Shown: positions 43,974-55,073 of the stretch, in pieces
Layout: the number at the start of each line of letters is the position of its first letter
How positions within the stretch are numbered: position 1 is the stretch's first letter
Virus record (IMG/VR): IMGVR_UViG_3300035034_000461
Location: 1-64,000 of that record
From: a virus
Direction: 5' to 3' (one strand)
Length of the DNA stretch: 64,000 nt
Position numbers and translations under genes: made by a program
Notes under the pieces: generated by a model
Told to the model about the DNA's origin: nothing
The model's database searches: none
Seen by the model: the letters and a program-made list of their open reading frames with translations, nothing else

Positions 43974-44354
43974 ATGAAAACAATTGCACAACAACTAAAC
44001 ATCAAAGACTTTCCATTCAAGATCAAGGATAAGAACGGTAAAGAAACTTACTACGAAGATTCTGACGGATATTGGAACAAACGTGAATATGATTCGAACG
44101 GGAAAGAAACTTACTTCGAAGATTCGACGGGATATTGGATTAAACGTGAATACGATTCGAACGGCAACATCAATTACTCCAAAAATTCCGGAGGGTATTG
44201 GGTAAAATACGAACACGATTCGAACGGCAATGAAATTTACTACGAAAATTCGACAGGACATATCATCGATAAAAGACCAAAGACAACTTTCACCATCAAG
44301 GAATTCGCAGACAAGCTTGGAGTTGCTGTAGAGAGTCTAAGGATCAAAGGGTAA
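43974..44354 (+). CDS. MKTIAQQL 21-aa-repeat family protein
   Basis: Paralog, 126 aa. Confidence 0.9.
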   Translation: MKTIAQQLNIKDFPFKIKDKNGKETYYEDSDGYWNKREYDSNGKETYFEDSTGYWIKREYDSNGNINYSKNSGGYWVKYEHDSNGNEIYYENSTGHIIDKRPKTTFTIKEFADKLGVAVESLRIKG

Positions 44355-44375
44355 AAACTAGGATATACTGAGGAC

Positions 44376-44651
44376 ATGAAAACAATCGCCCAACAACTAA
44401 ACATCACAAGCTTTCCGTTCATCATCAAGGATAAGAACGGGAAAGAAATTTACCACGAATATTCCGACGGACATTGGGCAAAATACAAATACGATTCAAA
44501 CGGCAATCAAACTTACCACGAAGATTCGACATTTGGCGTTATCACCGATGACAGACCAAAGACTACTTTCACCATCAAGGAGATCGCCGAGAAGCTTGAG
44601 AAGCTTGAGAAGCTAGTAGTTGCCTTAGAAACCCTGCAAATCAAAGACTGA
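44376..44651 (+). CDS. MKTIAQQL 21-aa-repeat family protein
   Basis: Paralog, 91 aa; EKL x3 slippage. Confidence 0.9.
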   Translation: MKTIAQQLNITSFPFIIKDKNGKEIYHEYSDGHWAKYKYDSNGNQTYHEDSTFGVITDDRPKTTFTIKEIAEKLEKLEKLVVALETLQIKD

Positions 44652-44654
44652 TAT

Positions 44655-45161
44655 ATGAAAACCATCGCACAACAACTAAACGTTACTGACTTCCCGTTCA
44701 TCATCAAAGATAAAAACGGCAATCGAATCTACTTCGAATATTCAGACGGATATTGGTTCAAATACGAATACGATTCGAACAGTAACCAAACTTACTACGA
44801 AATTTCGACGGGATATTGGAGCAAACGAAAATCTAATAAGAACGGGAAAGAAACATACTACGAAGATTCGACGGGGTATTGGCGTAAACGAGAATATGAT
44901 TCGAACAGTAACCAAACTTACTACGAAAATTTAGACGGATTCTGGATCAAACGGGAATACGATTCAAACGGCAATCAGACTTACTTCAAAAATTCAGACG
45001 GATATTGGGCAAAATACGAATACGATAAGGACGGTAATCAAGTTTACTCCGAAGATTCCGATGGAATCATCGTCGATAGAAGACCAAAGGTCACTTTCAC
45101 CATGAAGGAAATCGCCGAGAAGCTTGGAGTTGCCGTAGAAACCCTGCAAATCAAAGACTGA
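44655..45161 (+). CDS. MKTIAQQL 21-aa-repeat family protein
   Basis: Paralog, 168 aa. Confidence 0.9.
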   Translation: MKTIAQQLNVTDFPFIIKDKNGNRIYFEYSDGYWFKYEYDSNSNQTYYEISTGYWSKRKSNKNGKETYYEDSTGYWRKREYDSNSNQTYYENLDGFWIKREYDSNGNQTYFKNSDGYWAKYEYDKDGNQVYSEDSDGIIVDRRPKVTFTMKEIAEKLGVAVETLQIKD

Positions 45162-45164
45162 TAT

Positions 45165-45482
45165 ATGAAAACAATTGCACAACAACTAAGCATTAAAGAC
45201 TTTCCGTTTATCATCAAGGATAAGAACGGCAATCGAATCTACTTCGAATGTTCCGACGGGTATTGGGTAAAACGGGAATACGATTCAAAGGGCAAAGTAA
45301 TTTACTGCGAAGATTCCGAAGGATATTGGGTAAAACGCGAATACGATTCTAACGGTAATAAGACTTACTTCGAAAATTCACATAAAACCATTATCAACAA
45401 CAGACCAAAGACTACTTTCACCATGAAAGAAATCGCCCAGAAGCTTGGCGTTGCTATAGAAGCCCTTCAAATCAAAGACTAA
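45165..45482 (+). CDS. MKTIAQQL 21-aa-repeat family protein
   Basis: Paralog, 105 aa. Confidence 0.9.
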   Translation: MKTIAQQLSIKDFPFIIKDKNGNRIYFECSDGYWVKREYDSKGKVIYCEDSEGYWVKREYDSNGNKTYFENSHKTIINNRPKTTFTMKEIAQKLGVAIEALQIKD

Positions 45483-45486
45483 TATT

Positions 45487-45936
45487 ATGAAAACAATTGC
45501 ACAACAACTAAGCATTAAAGACTTTCCATTTATTATCACAGATAAAGACGGCAATCAGACTTACTCTGAAGATACTTACGGATTTTGGAACAAACGAGAA
45601 TATGATGAAAACGGTAAAGAAACTTACTTCGAAAATACGACGGGATATTGGAGCAAACGAGAATACGATAAAAACGGTAAACAAACTTACTCCGAAAATT
45701 CCAAAGGACTTTGGATCAAACGAGAATATGATTCAAAGGGCAAAGAAACTTACTCCGAAGATTCCAACGGATTTTGGATCAAACGAGAATACGATAAAAA
45801 CGGTAAAGAATCTTACTACGAAAATTCCGATAGAGGAATCATCGACAACAGACCAAAGAAGCATGTCACTCTCACCATGAAAGAAATCGCCCAGAAGCTT
45901 GGCGTTGCTATAGAAACCCTGCAAATCAAAGACTAA
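45487..45936 (+). CDS. MKTIAQQL 21-aa-repeat family protein
   Basis: Paralog, 149 aa. Confidence 0.9.
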   Translation: MKTIAQQLSIKDFPFIITDKDGNQTYSEDTYGFWNKREYDENGKETYFENTTGYWSKREYDKNGKQTYSENSKGLWIKREYDSKGKETYSEDSNGFWIKREYDKNGKESYYENSDRGIIDNRPKKHVTLTMKEIAQKLGVAIETLQIKD

Positions 45937-45940
45937 TATT

Positions 45941-46321
45941 ATGAAAACAATTGCACAACAACTAAGCATTAAAGACTTTCCGTTTATCATCAAGGATAAG
46001 AACGGTAAACGAACTTACTCTGAAGATTCATACGGATATTGGTTCAAACGAGAATATGATAAAAACGGTAAACAAACTTACTCCGAAGATTCCAACGGAT
46101 TTTGGAGCAAACGAGAATACGATTCGAACGGAGGTCTAAGCTACTTCGAAAATTCCAACGGATATTGGTCAAAATACGAATACGATTCGAACGGCAATGA
46201 AATCTACTGCGAAGATTCATATGGATATATCATCGATAACAGACCAAAGAATACTTTCACCATCAAGGAGATCGCCGAGAAGCTTGGAGTTGCCGTAGAG
46301 AGTCTAAGGATCAAAGGGTAA
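45941..46321 (+). CDS. MKTIAQQL 21-aa-repeat family protein
   Basis: Paralog, 126 aa. Confidence 0.9.
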   Translation: MKTIAQQLSIKDFPFIIKDKNGKRTYSEDSYGYWFKREYDKNGKQTYSEDSNGFWSKREYDSNGGLSYFENSNGYWSKYEYDSNGNEIYCEDSYGYIIDNRPKNTFTIKEIAEKLGVAVESLRIKG

Positions 46322-46342
46322 AAACTAGGATATACTGAGGAC

Positions 46343-46660
46343 ATGAAAACAATTGCACAACAACTAAGCGTCACAGACTTTCCGTTTCGTATCAACGATA
46401 AGAACGGCAATACGATCTACTTCGAAAATTCAGACGGATTTTGGGTAAAATACGAATTTGATAAAAACAGCAATCAGACTTACCACGAAAATTCAGACGG
46501 ATATTGGTCCAAATTCGAATATGATAAGAACGGGAAAGAAACTTACCACGAAAATTCATATGGATATATCATCGATAATAGGCCAAAGGTCACTTTCACC
46601 ATGAAGGAACTCGCAGACAAGCTTGGAGTTGCTGTAGAAACCCTGCAAATCAAAGACTGA
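46343..46660 (+). CDS. MKTIAQQL 21-aa-repeat family protein
   Basis: Paralog, 105 aa. Confidence 0.9.
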   Translation: MKTIAQQLSVTDFPFRINDKNGNTIYFENSDGFWVKYEFDKNSNQTYHENSDGYWSKFEYDKNGKETYHENSYGYIIDNRPKVTFTMKELADKLGVAVETLQIKD

Positions 46661-46663
46661 TAT

Positions 46664-47044
46664 ATGAAAACCATCGCCCAACAACTAAGCATTAAAGACT
46701 TTCCGTTTATCATCAAAGATAAAAACGGGAAACAAACTTACTTCGAAAATTCCGACGGATATTGGGTAAAACGGGAATACGATTCAAAGGGCAAAGTAAT
46801 TTACTGCGAAGATTCCGAAGGATATTGTTACAAATTCGAATACGATTCGAACGGCAAAGAAATTTACTCCGAAGATTCCGATGGATTCTGGTCCAAATAC
46901 GAATACGATTCGAACGGCAATCAGACTTACTACGAAGATTCAGACGGATATATCATCGATAACAGACCAAAGAATACTTTCACCATCAAGGAGATCGCAG
47001 ACAAGCTTGGAGTTGCCGTAGAGAGTCTAAGGATCAAAGAGTAA
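46664..47044 (+). CDS. MKTIAQQL 21-aa-repeat family protein
   Basis: Paralog, 126 aa. Confidence 0.9.
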   Translation: MKTIAQQLSIKDFPFIIKDKNGKQTYFENSDGYWVKREYDSKGKVIYCEDSEGYCYKFEYDSNGKEIYSEDSDGFWSKYEYDSNGNQTYYEDSDGYIIDNRPKNTFTIKEIADKLGVAVESLRIKE

Positions 47045-47065
47045 AAACTAGGATATACTGAGGAC

Positions 47066-47383
47066 ATGAAAACAATCGCCCAACAACTAAACATTAAAGA
47101 CTTTCCGTTCATCATCAAGGATAAGAATGGCAATCTAATTCACTCCGAATATTCAGGCGGATATTGGGTAAAATTCGAATACGATTCAAAGGGCGATCAG
47201 ACTTACTGCGAAGATTCAGACGGATTCTGGATTAAATGGGAATACGATTCGAACGGCAATCAAATCTACTACGAAAATTCCGATGGATATATCATCGATA
47301 ACAGACCAAAGAATACTTTCACCATCAAGGAGATCGCAGACAAGCTTGGAGTTGCCGTAGAAACCCTTCAAATCAAAGACTGA
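47066..47383 (+). CDS. MKTIAQQL 21-aa-repeat family protein
   Basis: Paralog, 105 aa. Confidence 0.9.
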   Translation: MKTIAQQLNIKDFPFIIKDKNGNLIHSEYSGGYWVKFEYDSKGDQTYCEDSDGFWIKWEYDSNGNQIYYENSDGYIIDNRPKNTFTIKEIADKLGVAVETLQIKD

Positions 47384-47387
47384 TATT

Positions 47388-47639
47388 ATGAAAACAATTA
47401 CACAAGACATTCTCAAAGCTTCTCGTATCCAAACCATCTACGAAGATGTGGATGGTAAGATTACAATCGAAGATATGGACGCCGTGGTCGGAGGGGGATT
47501 GGATGAATTTTATATTATCGTATCCGGTGAGTATCTAACCATTGACATCTACCCTAGCGACATCGCAAGAGTGTTGGGGGATATGATCATCTTTGATAAA
47601 GTATCTGATTATACTAATATCGTATTGCGTCTATATTAA
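47388..47639 (+). CDS. Unrelated protein fused to a family-type start (MKTI)
   Basis: Uses the GACTGATATT-ATGAAAACAATT junction, then diverges. Confidence 0.65.
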   Translation: MKTITQDILKASRIQTIYEDVDGKITIEDMDAVVGGGLDEFYIIVSGEYLTIDIYPSDIARVLGDMIIFDKVSDYTNIVLRLY

Positions 47640-47707
47640 ACGAAAGACTTGATACTTCGATTCCAGTCGGATATATCACTTTATAAAAACTAGAATACAA
47701 TAAGGAC

Positions 47708-48028
47708 ATGAAAACAATCGCACAACAACTAAACATCAAAGACTTTCCGTTTATTATCACAGACAAAGACGGTAATCAAACTTACTCCGAAAATTCCAAC
47801 GGATTTTGGAGCAAACGTGAATATGATTCGAACAGTAACCAAACTTACCACGAAAATTCGACGGGATATTGGCACAAACGAGAATTCGATAAAAACGGTA
47901 AAGAAACTTACTTAGAAATTTCAACATCTGGCGTTATCATCGACAAAAGACCAAAGGTAACTCTCACACTACAAGAAATCGCTGAAAAGCTTGGAGTTGC
48001 TGTAGAGAGTCTAAGGATCAAAGAGTAA
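47708..48028 (+). CDS. MKTIAQQL 21-aa-repeat family protein
   Basis: Paralog, 106 aa. Confidence 0.9.
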   Translation: MKTIAQQLNIKDFPFIITDKDGNQTYSENSNGFWSKREYDSNSNQTYHENSTGYWHKREFDKNGKETYLEISTSGVIIDKRPKVTLTLQEIAEKLGVAVESLRIKE

Positions 48029-48049
48029 AAACTAGAATAGACTAAGGAC

Positions 48050-48403
48050 ATGCAAGACAAACCAAAGACAACTCAGAACCCCTTCGCATCAAAGACTATT
48101 ATGAAAACAATCACACAACAGCTAAACGTCAAAGATTTTCCGCTTATCATTAAAGATAATAAAAAAACTCACTCCGAAGATTCAGATAGATCTTGGATCA
48201 AACGAGAATATAATTCGGAAGGATACCTAACTTTCTCCGAAGACCGAACAGGATACTGGATCAAACGAGAATATAATTCGGAAGGTTTCGAGACCTTCAC
48301 GATAGATTCAAATACGTCTTGGATCAAACGAGAATATGATTCGGAAGGTAAGGAAATCTACTCCAGAAATTCAGCCGACGAGATCATCGACAACAGACCA
48401 TAG
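48050..48403 (+). CDS. Divergent MKTIAQQL family protein lacking the tail
   Basis: MQDKPK start shared with 43101; WIKREYNSEG repeats; TAG after DNRP. Confidence 0.8.
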   Translation: MQDKPKTTQNPFASKTIMKTITQQLNVKDFPLIIKDNKKTHSEDSDRSWIKREYNSEGYLTFSEDRTGYWIKREYNSEGFETFTIDSNTSWIKREYDSEGKEIYSRNSADEIIDNRP

Positions 48404-48450
48404 ACAACTTGGAGTTGATATTAAAACCCTCCGCATTAAAGACTAATAAT

Positions 48451-48894
48451 ATGAAAACAATCGCGCAACAACTAAACATTAAGGACTTTCCGTTTATCAT
48501 CAAGGATAAGAACAGTAAACAAACTTACTTCGAAGCTTCGTACGGATATTGGGTTAAGCGTGAATACGATAAGATCGGTAACCAAACTTACCACGAAGAT
48601 TCGAAGGGATATTGGAGCAAACGAGAATTTGATTCGAACGGTAAACGAACTTACTACGAAGATTCCAACGGATATTGGAGCAAACGTGAATATGATTCGA
48701 ACAGTAACCAAACTTACTACGAAAATTCGAAGGGATATTGGAGCAAACAAAAATTTGATAAAAACGGTTTCGAAACTTACTACGAAAATTCAGACGGCGT
48801 TATCATCGACAACAGGCCAAAGGTAACTTTCACTATCAAAGAGATCGCAGACAAGCTTGGAGTTGCTGTAGAGAGTCTAAGGATCAAGGAGTAA
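48451..48894 (+). CDS. MKTIAQQL 21-aa-repeat family protein
   Basis: Paralog, 147 aa. Confidence 0.9.
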   Translation: MKTIAQQLNIKDFPFIIKDKNSKQTYFEASYGYWVKREYDKIGNQTYHEDSKGYWSKREFDSNGKRTYYEDSNGYWSKREYDSNSNQTYYENSKGYWSKQKFDKNGFETYYENSDGVIIDNRPKVTFTIKEIADKLGVAVESLRIKE

Positions 48895-50452
48895 ATCTAG
48901 GATAGACTATATAATTTTGAAGTTATGCCAAGATTTGAATCATACTCACAAGGTCACCATAGAATCAAAGAGGGCTTTGCAGTTGAAGGCATTTTCGAAC
49001 GGTAAAAACTAGGATATACTGAGGACATGACAGCAACCGACATTAAAAATTTACTCGCGGACATTGTTCCAAACGCTCATGTAATTATCAAGGAGAAACA
49101 ATGCCTCGGTAGTTCATATATCGCAATACACATTGCAGCAAGTGATTATCTTATTAACGATGTAAGGGGACAATTCCCCGCGCATGTTTCTCTATCCTTT
49201 GACCCAAAGACTCTGGAACTTGGGGTGCAAATCTTTGGAGGGATGGGAGGGCAATCAATTTATCGCAATATTGACCCTACAATCGACAAGGAACGTCATA
49301 ATGTTCTGGGACGCATCAGGCTACCTTTCCGCCGTCCTATGGCCAATCCTGAGGCAATCAAACGGGCAATCTCCAAGTTTGCAGAGAATTGGAAGAAAGC
49401 AATTAAAGACAATATGGAACTTATGCGGTTTATTGATAAAGTGGATTACGAGAAAGCCATTTCGTAAAAACTAGGATAGAATAGGGACATGACAAAGCAA
49501 TACACCGTTTCAACCAAATTACAAAGCAACGACAAGCTTTTCCCTTTCGCGGGGATGATTAATAACGTTAAAGTTGTATCGTGTCAAACCGATCAAAACG
49601 CTATGGAAGGCGCGGAAAGAATCTTAAAAGTCTTACAAGATTGCAAAGCTGGCTTAAGAGACTCAAGCGGCAGTGGAATCGACATTGATAAACTTGACAA
49701 AGCACTTGGCAATCGGTAAAAACTAGCGTAAACTGAACCTATGCAAGACATGATCATTACCCTTCCCAAAGAATTGAAGAAATCCATGGACAAAGGATAT
49801 CTGGAAGTGGAATCTTTGGTGGTTTTCCTTTTTGTGGAAAAAGGATTCTCCAATCCATTGGGTAAGAAATTCAGAGATACCGCATTGCGAGACTTAACCA
49901 AAGATGGGCGTCATATTCGTAGTTGCTCAATCGATGCAGAAACGGGAGATATGCACATAAAGTTTGCGTAAAAACTAGGATACAATAACACTATCATGAA
50001 AAACAAGACATTCTACATGTTTATCGGAGATAACGATAACCAATTGAAAAATAAGAGTAAGCGATTTGTCGTCTTAGCTGATACTATCAAGGATACTAAT
50101 CAAGCACAATTCATTGGAGTGGTGGTTGCAACTAATAAGAAAGCCGCGCATTCAATTGGAGAGGAAAGTTACAATTGGGGAAACCCTTTGTATGACATGG
50201 CGCGTGGGAGTTATCCGCCCTTTGTTCCTGTTTCCTCTGAGTTCATTCTAGCCAACTTTGATAAGAGCAATCTTAGTAAAAACTAGAATAGACTAAGGAC
50301 ATGCTAATCAAATACACATACACAGTAGAAGTGAAAGATTCCATGAAATTGTGGATAGCGTGTTGAGGGTGGGATAGAGGAATATGGGGGGATAAAAACT
50401 AGGATAGAATAATATCATGACAACGATCTGAATACTGAAATATAACACTTTC

Positions 50453-50527
50453 GCGCTTGTAGCTCAAGGGTAGAGCAAACGACTCATAATCGTTAGGTTA
50501 CTGGTTCGAATCCAGTCGGGCGCACCA
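50453..50527 (+). tRNA. tRNA with CAT anticodon (Ile2-type anticodon arm)
   Basis: GCGCTTG/CGGGCGC acceptor, AACGA-CTCATAA-TCGTT, GGTTCGAATCC, encoded CCA. Confidence 0.92.
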
Positions 50528-50847
50528 CTTTATAAAAACTAGGATAGAATAATATCATGACAACGCAACAATACATCACGCCAACGCAACAATACCTACT
50601 AGATCTTTATCATGAATATTGTAATGACTTCCTCACAATCGCTTTCATGGCGGAAAAAAAGGAAATCAGTCCTGAAACTCTCAAATCAATGGTGGATGAA
50701 GGGCGTAAAATTTCCTTGGAAATCAGTGCGCTTTAAATTGACTCTGACTCTAGGGAGAAAAAGCTTGTAGCCCTTTGAATATAAGGGTTTGTAAAAATAG
50801 ACAATCGGCTATAAATATTATAAAAACTAGGATAGACTGATATCACC

Positions 50848-51096
50848 ATGAAGCCACCTAGAAATATCCCACGGACTGGGTGGAAGCTCCCATCTCATTG
50901 CTTGGGTTGTAATGCTGCTGATAGTTTTTATATACAATTAGTAAAAAGCTCTCAAATGATCCATGGAGAAGAAACTTCATACCAAACTAAGAAGTATGTA
51001 TGCCACCATTGTGGAGCCTCCGTCCTTTCCCCCGATCAGATTAGTCAAGGCGTGAAAGATGCGGTCTTAGCATACCAGCGAAGTGTAGGATTATAA
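50848..51096 (+). CDS. MqsA/YgiT-type zinc-finger protein
   Basis: CLGC...IHGEE...YVCHHCGASVLSPDQ. Confidence 0.6.
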   Translation: MKPPRNIPRTGWKLPSHCLGCNAADSFYIQLVKSSQMIHGEETSYQTKKYVCHHCGASVLSPDQISQGVKDAVLAYQRSVGL

Positions 51097-53602
51097 AAAC
51101 TAGGATATACTGATATCACCATGAACGACATCACTTCGACCATAACATCTGAGAAGATTAAAATATCCATTGGAACTCATACCAGTATCCTTAATGAGAC
51201 TACTCTCAATAAGATTAATAAGGATGATATTATCAAATCACTTAGATCTTTGAAAGATAAGTGCAAAGCATCCAATGTAACCTTGCGAGGATATAACAAA
51301 ACGCTTGCATTTATTAAAGATAATTATTCAGCTTATCTCAGTGAATATAGACATAGACAATTCTTATTCGATGAAGTACGCGTAAAGGCTCAAAACATGC
51401 TAGAATCATCAGAGGATGGCGTTCTAGACGCTGAAATGCAAAAGGAATGCACGACTACTAGAAATGAGATGCTAAGCTTAAATTGGCGTTCTACGCTCCT
51501 TTCTAAGTTTAATGGTCTTTCTTATAAACTTGAAGGATATGAAAACAAAAACCTATCAGACTTCACCATGATATATATCGGACAATAAACCATTCTCAAT
51601 AAGCCTTTCTAGCCCTAGGGAGAGAGAGGCTGCATCCCTTTAACTACGGGGAAACGTGAAAATACTCTTATTGAGACTGATCTATTAGGACATTATAAAA
51701 ACTAGAGTAAGATAATACCATGACCATAAAGGAAATACTAGCGACAATCGGACTAATCGTGCTTATCCTATTCACAATTTGGGTGGACAACCAATGGGAA
51801 GTTAAGCCAACCGAAGTTCATTCCCCTATTCATAAAAACTAGGATAAGATATTACTACCATGAAACACTCATTATTCACTCAATCATACAAAGGTTTATA
51901 TATTCATTCACATTGCAACGGGGAAAATTCAATCGTTCAATGCACCATGCCTTTCAAGAATCTACGTGGTAAGTCCGTGGAGAATATGAAACGCCGTATT
52001 AGAAATGAGATCAAGAGAACGATGGAATTCGTCACAGAAGAAAGCTTTTTAAGACTTCCAAACGACTTGAATGGCAATCCTCGCTACTATCTTTCATCTC
52101 AGGATACTACTGAAAAGCTTGCAAGGGAAGCTGGCGGGACTATGTATCGCGGGAACAGATATGGCGCGGGATGGGTATTCTCGACGTATAACCTTCGCGG
52201 GACAGTTACAACTCTAAACGCATAACCCTTGGACATTACACTAATTTTAGCGATTATCGTTCTGGGATGCGTCGGGCTGTATGTCATTGCTGGGATTATC
52301 CTACTGATATTCATCTTTAAGTAAAAACTAGAGTAAACTGGTAACATGACCAAGACAATGAAACACGACATGAGCCTAAGATTCCGCGCTAAGGAAAAGC
52401 AACTTAGGCGCAATGCTAAGATTCTCTTGAAGGATATTTTCGGATTTGCTACCCTCAAGGAAGCTCGTCAATGGCTCATTGATCATTCTAAAGATGGGTA
52501 TTGCATACTAAAAAAGGATGGCGTGGAAGTCTTCTATGCGTCCAATTGTCGCCCCGGTTATAAGTTTCAAATGGGAGGAAATCACAAGGGAATTTTCGTA
52601 TCGACACCTTTTTAAAAACTAGAGTAAACTGGTAACATGACCAACGCCATGAAATACTCCATCAGAATCACGCACAACGATCCGTCATTAGGCGAACAAG
52701 TCTTTTTCTTGTTATATAACAATCGCACCTCTTGGGGTATTGTCACGGCTGGGAAACATCTCAGAAGCTACCTCGCAGTATGCGGAAACGACTACACTGC
52801 CGTGATTGAAGAAGCCTAAGACTTTTTAAAAACTAGAGTAAACTGGTAACATGACCAAGACAATGAAATACTATATCGCAGCATACACACTCCGCAAAGA
52901 TGGGGAAGAGGAGGAAGTCATCCTTTTTGAAGACGCAAATTGGTCTGATGTCCTAGTTAAAAAATGGAACGAGTTATACGAAAATTTCAAGTTCGGAGAT
53001 AAGACAATTCGAGGATGGTATTCCGATGAACATCAGACCCGCCTGATTTGTAGCCATCGATCCGAATAAGACTTTTTAAAAACTACAACATACTACCCAT
53101 ATATGAAACTTAAAATGGACATTAACGGCAACAAGACTCTTTACATTCTTCGTGGTGACAAGACTCTCCGCATTCAAACCAATGGCAACCTTCCTAAGAC
53201 TCACAGAGACGGGATTGGATCATGGACTGAAGCAGAGGTCGATGCGTATCACAGGAGCATCTTTCTAAGCCTTTATAAAAACTAAGCTAAACTGATACTG
53301 CCATGAGAAAAGTAACACAACAAGCAGCAGCCGCCTTTCACGGCTCCCGCAAATTCAAAAGCGGAGCAACGCAAGTCAATCCCCGCCTAGGAGGAGTCGA
53401 GCTAGTCCTTCACGGTAGCGTGATTGCCCGTGAGATCGATGGAGGGGGGCTTTCAGTCAATCTCTGCGGCTATCCCACCAAAGTCACCCGCGAACGTCTC
53501 AATAGCCTTCACGGCGTCTCAATCTCTCAAGATAAAGGCATTCAATATCTCAATGGAGAGGTAATGCCCGAAAATGGCTGGGTGAAAATTTCATAGGTGC
53601 GT

Positions 53603-53651
53603 CATGGCAAAGTCCCCTCTCTTGGGTGGTTCTAAGAGAGGGGCGACCATG
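53603..53651 (+). other. GC-rich stem-loop directly upstream of an element
   Basis: CATGG..GTCCCCTCTCTTGG / CTAAGAGAGGGGC..CCATG. Confidence 0.7.
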
Positions 53652-54258
53652 TCACTTTATAAAAACTACAATATACTGATACCATGACTAAGACCATGAA
53701 CCCACTAGAAACATTCATCCTACCAGAAACATTCATCGATTACAGCGGCAATCCACGCGCTACGGATTTCCCTAAAGGGAAGCTTATATTCAACGATGGC
53801 GATATTTACTTGTTCGGTATGGCAAACGATTACACGATCGTATATACTTCAACCATTCAAGAAACGTTCACGCGCCTATCTTATGCCATGGCAAGGGCAA
53901 AGGTGGTAACTCTGCAAGATCATCAGGCCAAGTGCGAAGCAAGCATGAAGTTGAGCGGCTTTCGCTAAGGAGAATGACACGTTATAAAAACTACAATATA
54001 CTGATACCACTTTGAAAACTGTAAACTTAAAAAAGCACGTATGGGAAGGCTGGACTGTTCAATGTTTCGTTGACGAGCTAGAACCTCAACTTGATCAAGC
54101 TAGAATTGGGAACTCAATTCTTCGTTTTCCTAAAAGCAAGGATGATTTGAGAAAGTTTCTTAAAGAGAATCAGCCCTATTACAAGAAGGAAATAAAAGAT
54201 CTCGTCGCCTATTTTAGCATAAGATACGGATTGAAATAAAACCAAGCTCTTAATAATC

Positions 54259-54282
54259 GCTCGCTCATTAAATTGAGCGAGC
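54259..54282 (+). terminator. Hairpin, possible terminator
   Basis: GCTCGCTCA-TTAAAT-TGAGCGAGC. Confidence 0.5.
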
Positions 54283-54682
54283 CTTTCCGGTGCAACCTGT
54301 AAAAACTAGGATAGACTGATACTGCCATGAAGAACATCACAACCCCTGCACAAGACATCGCACGCCACGCACGCCTTTACGCTGCGTATCAAGATACCAT
54401 TCGCAATGAGGATGCGGATCAAAACGACTATGACTCAAGAGAGAGCAAGCACTTCGATTTCTGCCTAAGGGGAAGTTCTAAGAACGACGGGAAGGAATAC
54501 TTCACCCGCTCTCCCTACGCTACCGTGCAAGCTTGTGGCGGTGGCTTCATCGTTCACAACGTGCCAACGGGTAAGAATTGGCCTTTCGCTACGTGGGAGG
54601 GCGCAATGTCCATGCGTGGTGGCGTGTCCGCACGATATAAACATATTGAGACATCAGGAGAGTTCAAGGTTTCCTAAGCTTC

Positions 54683-55073
54683 TAAGGTTTCCTAACTTGG
54701 GCAGTTCCGAGAGAGGGGCGACCATGTCACTTTTTAAAAACTACAGTAAACTGTAACTACCATGAAACGATTCAATTTCACCGCTAAGGATACCGCCGTA
54801 ATCAATGAACACATGTCTGCAATCACCAGACGTATTGAGGAGGCGACTAATGATTCTCTCGTGGCTATGACTCGGTCTTCCGATCCATCTCAAAGTGATA
54901 TTTATGAGAAAATTATTGCTATGAACATGAAGCAAGCGAAAAAGGAAATAAAAATGCTATGCTTTGAAGTTCAATCTTATAAGTAAAATAAGGTTTCCTA
55001 ACTTGGGCAGTTCCGAGAGAGGGGCGACCATGTCACTTTTTAAAAACTACAGTAAACTGTAACTACCATGAAA
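54683..55073 (+). repeat. 85-bp direct repeats flanking ORF 54762
   Basis: TAAGGTTTCCTAACTTGGGC...CTACCATGAAA at 54683 and 54989. Confidence 0.9.

Noticed and set aside
34621-48826. Recurring minus-strand and alternate-frame ORFs over the repeat family
   Set aside because: Shadows of the repetitive coding strand with no independent starts
42405-48894. CRISPR array or non-coding repeat reading of the 63-bp periodicity
   Set aside because: The units are in-frame coding repeats with no unique spacers, and no cas genes are visible
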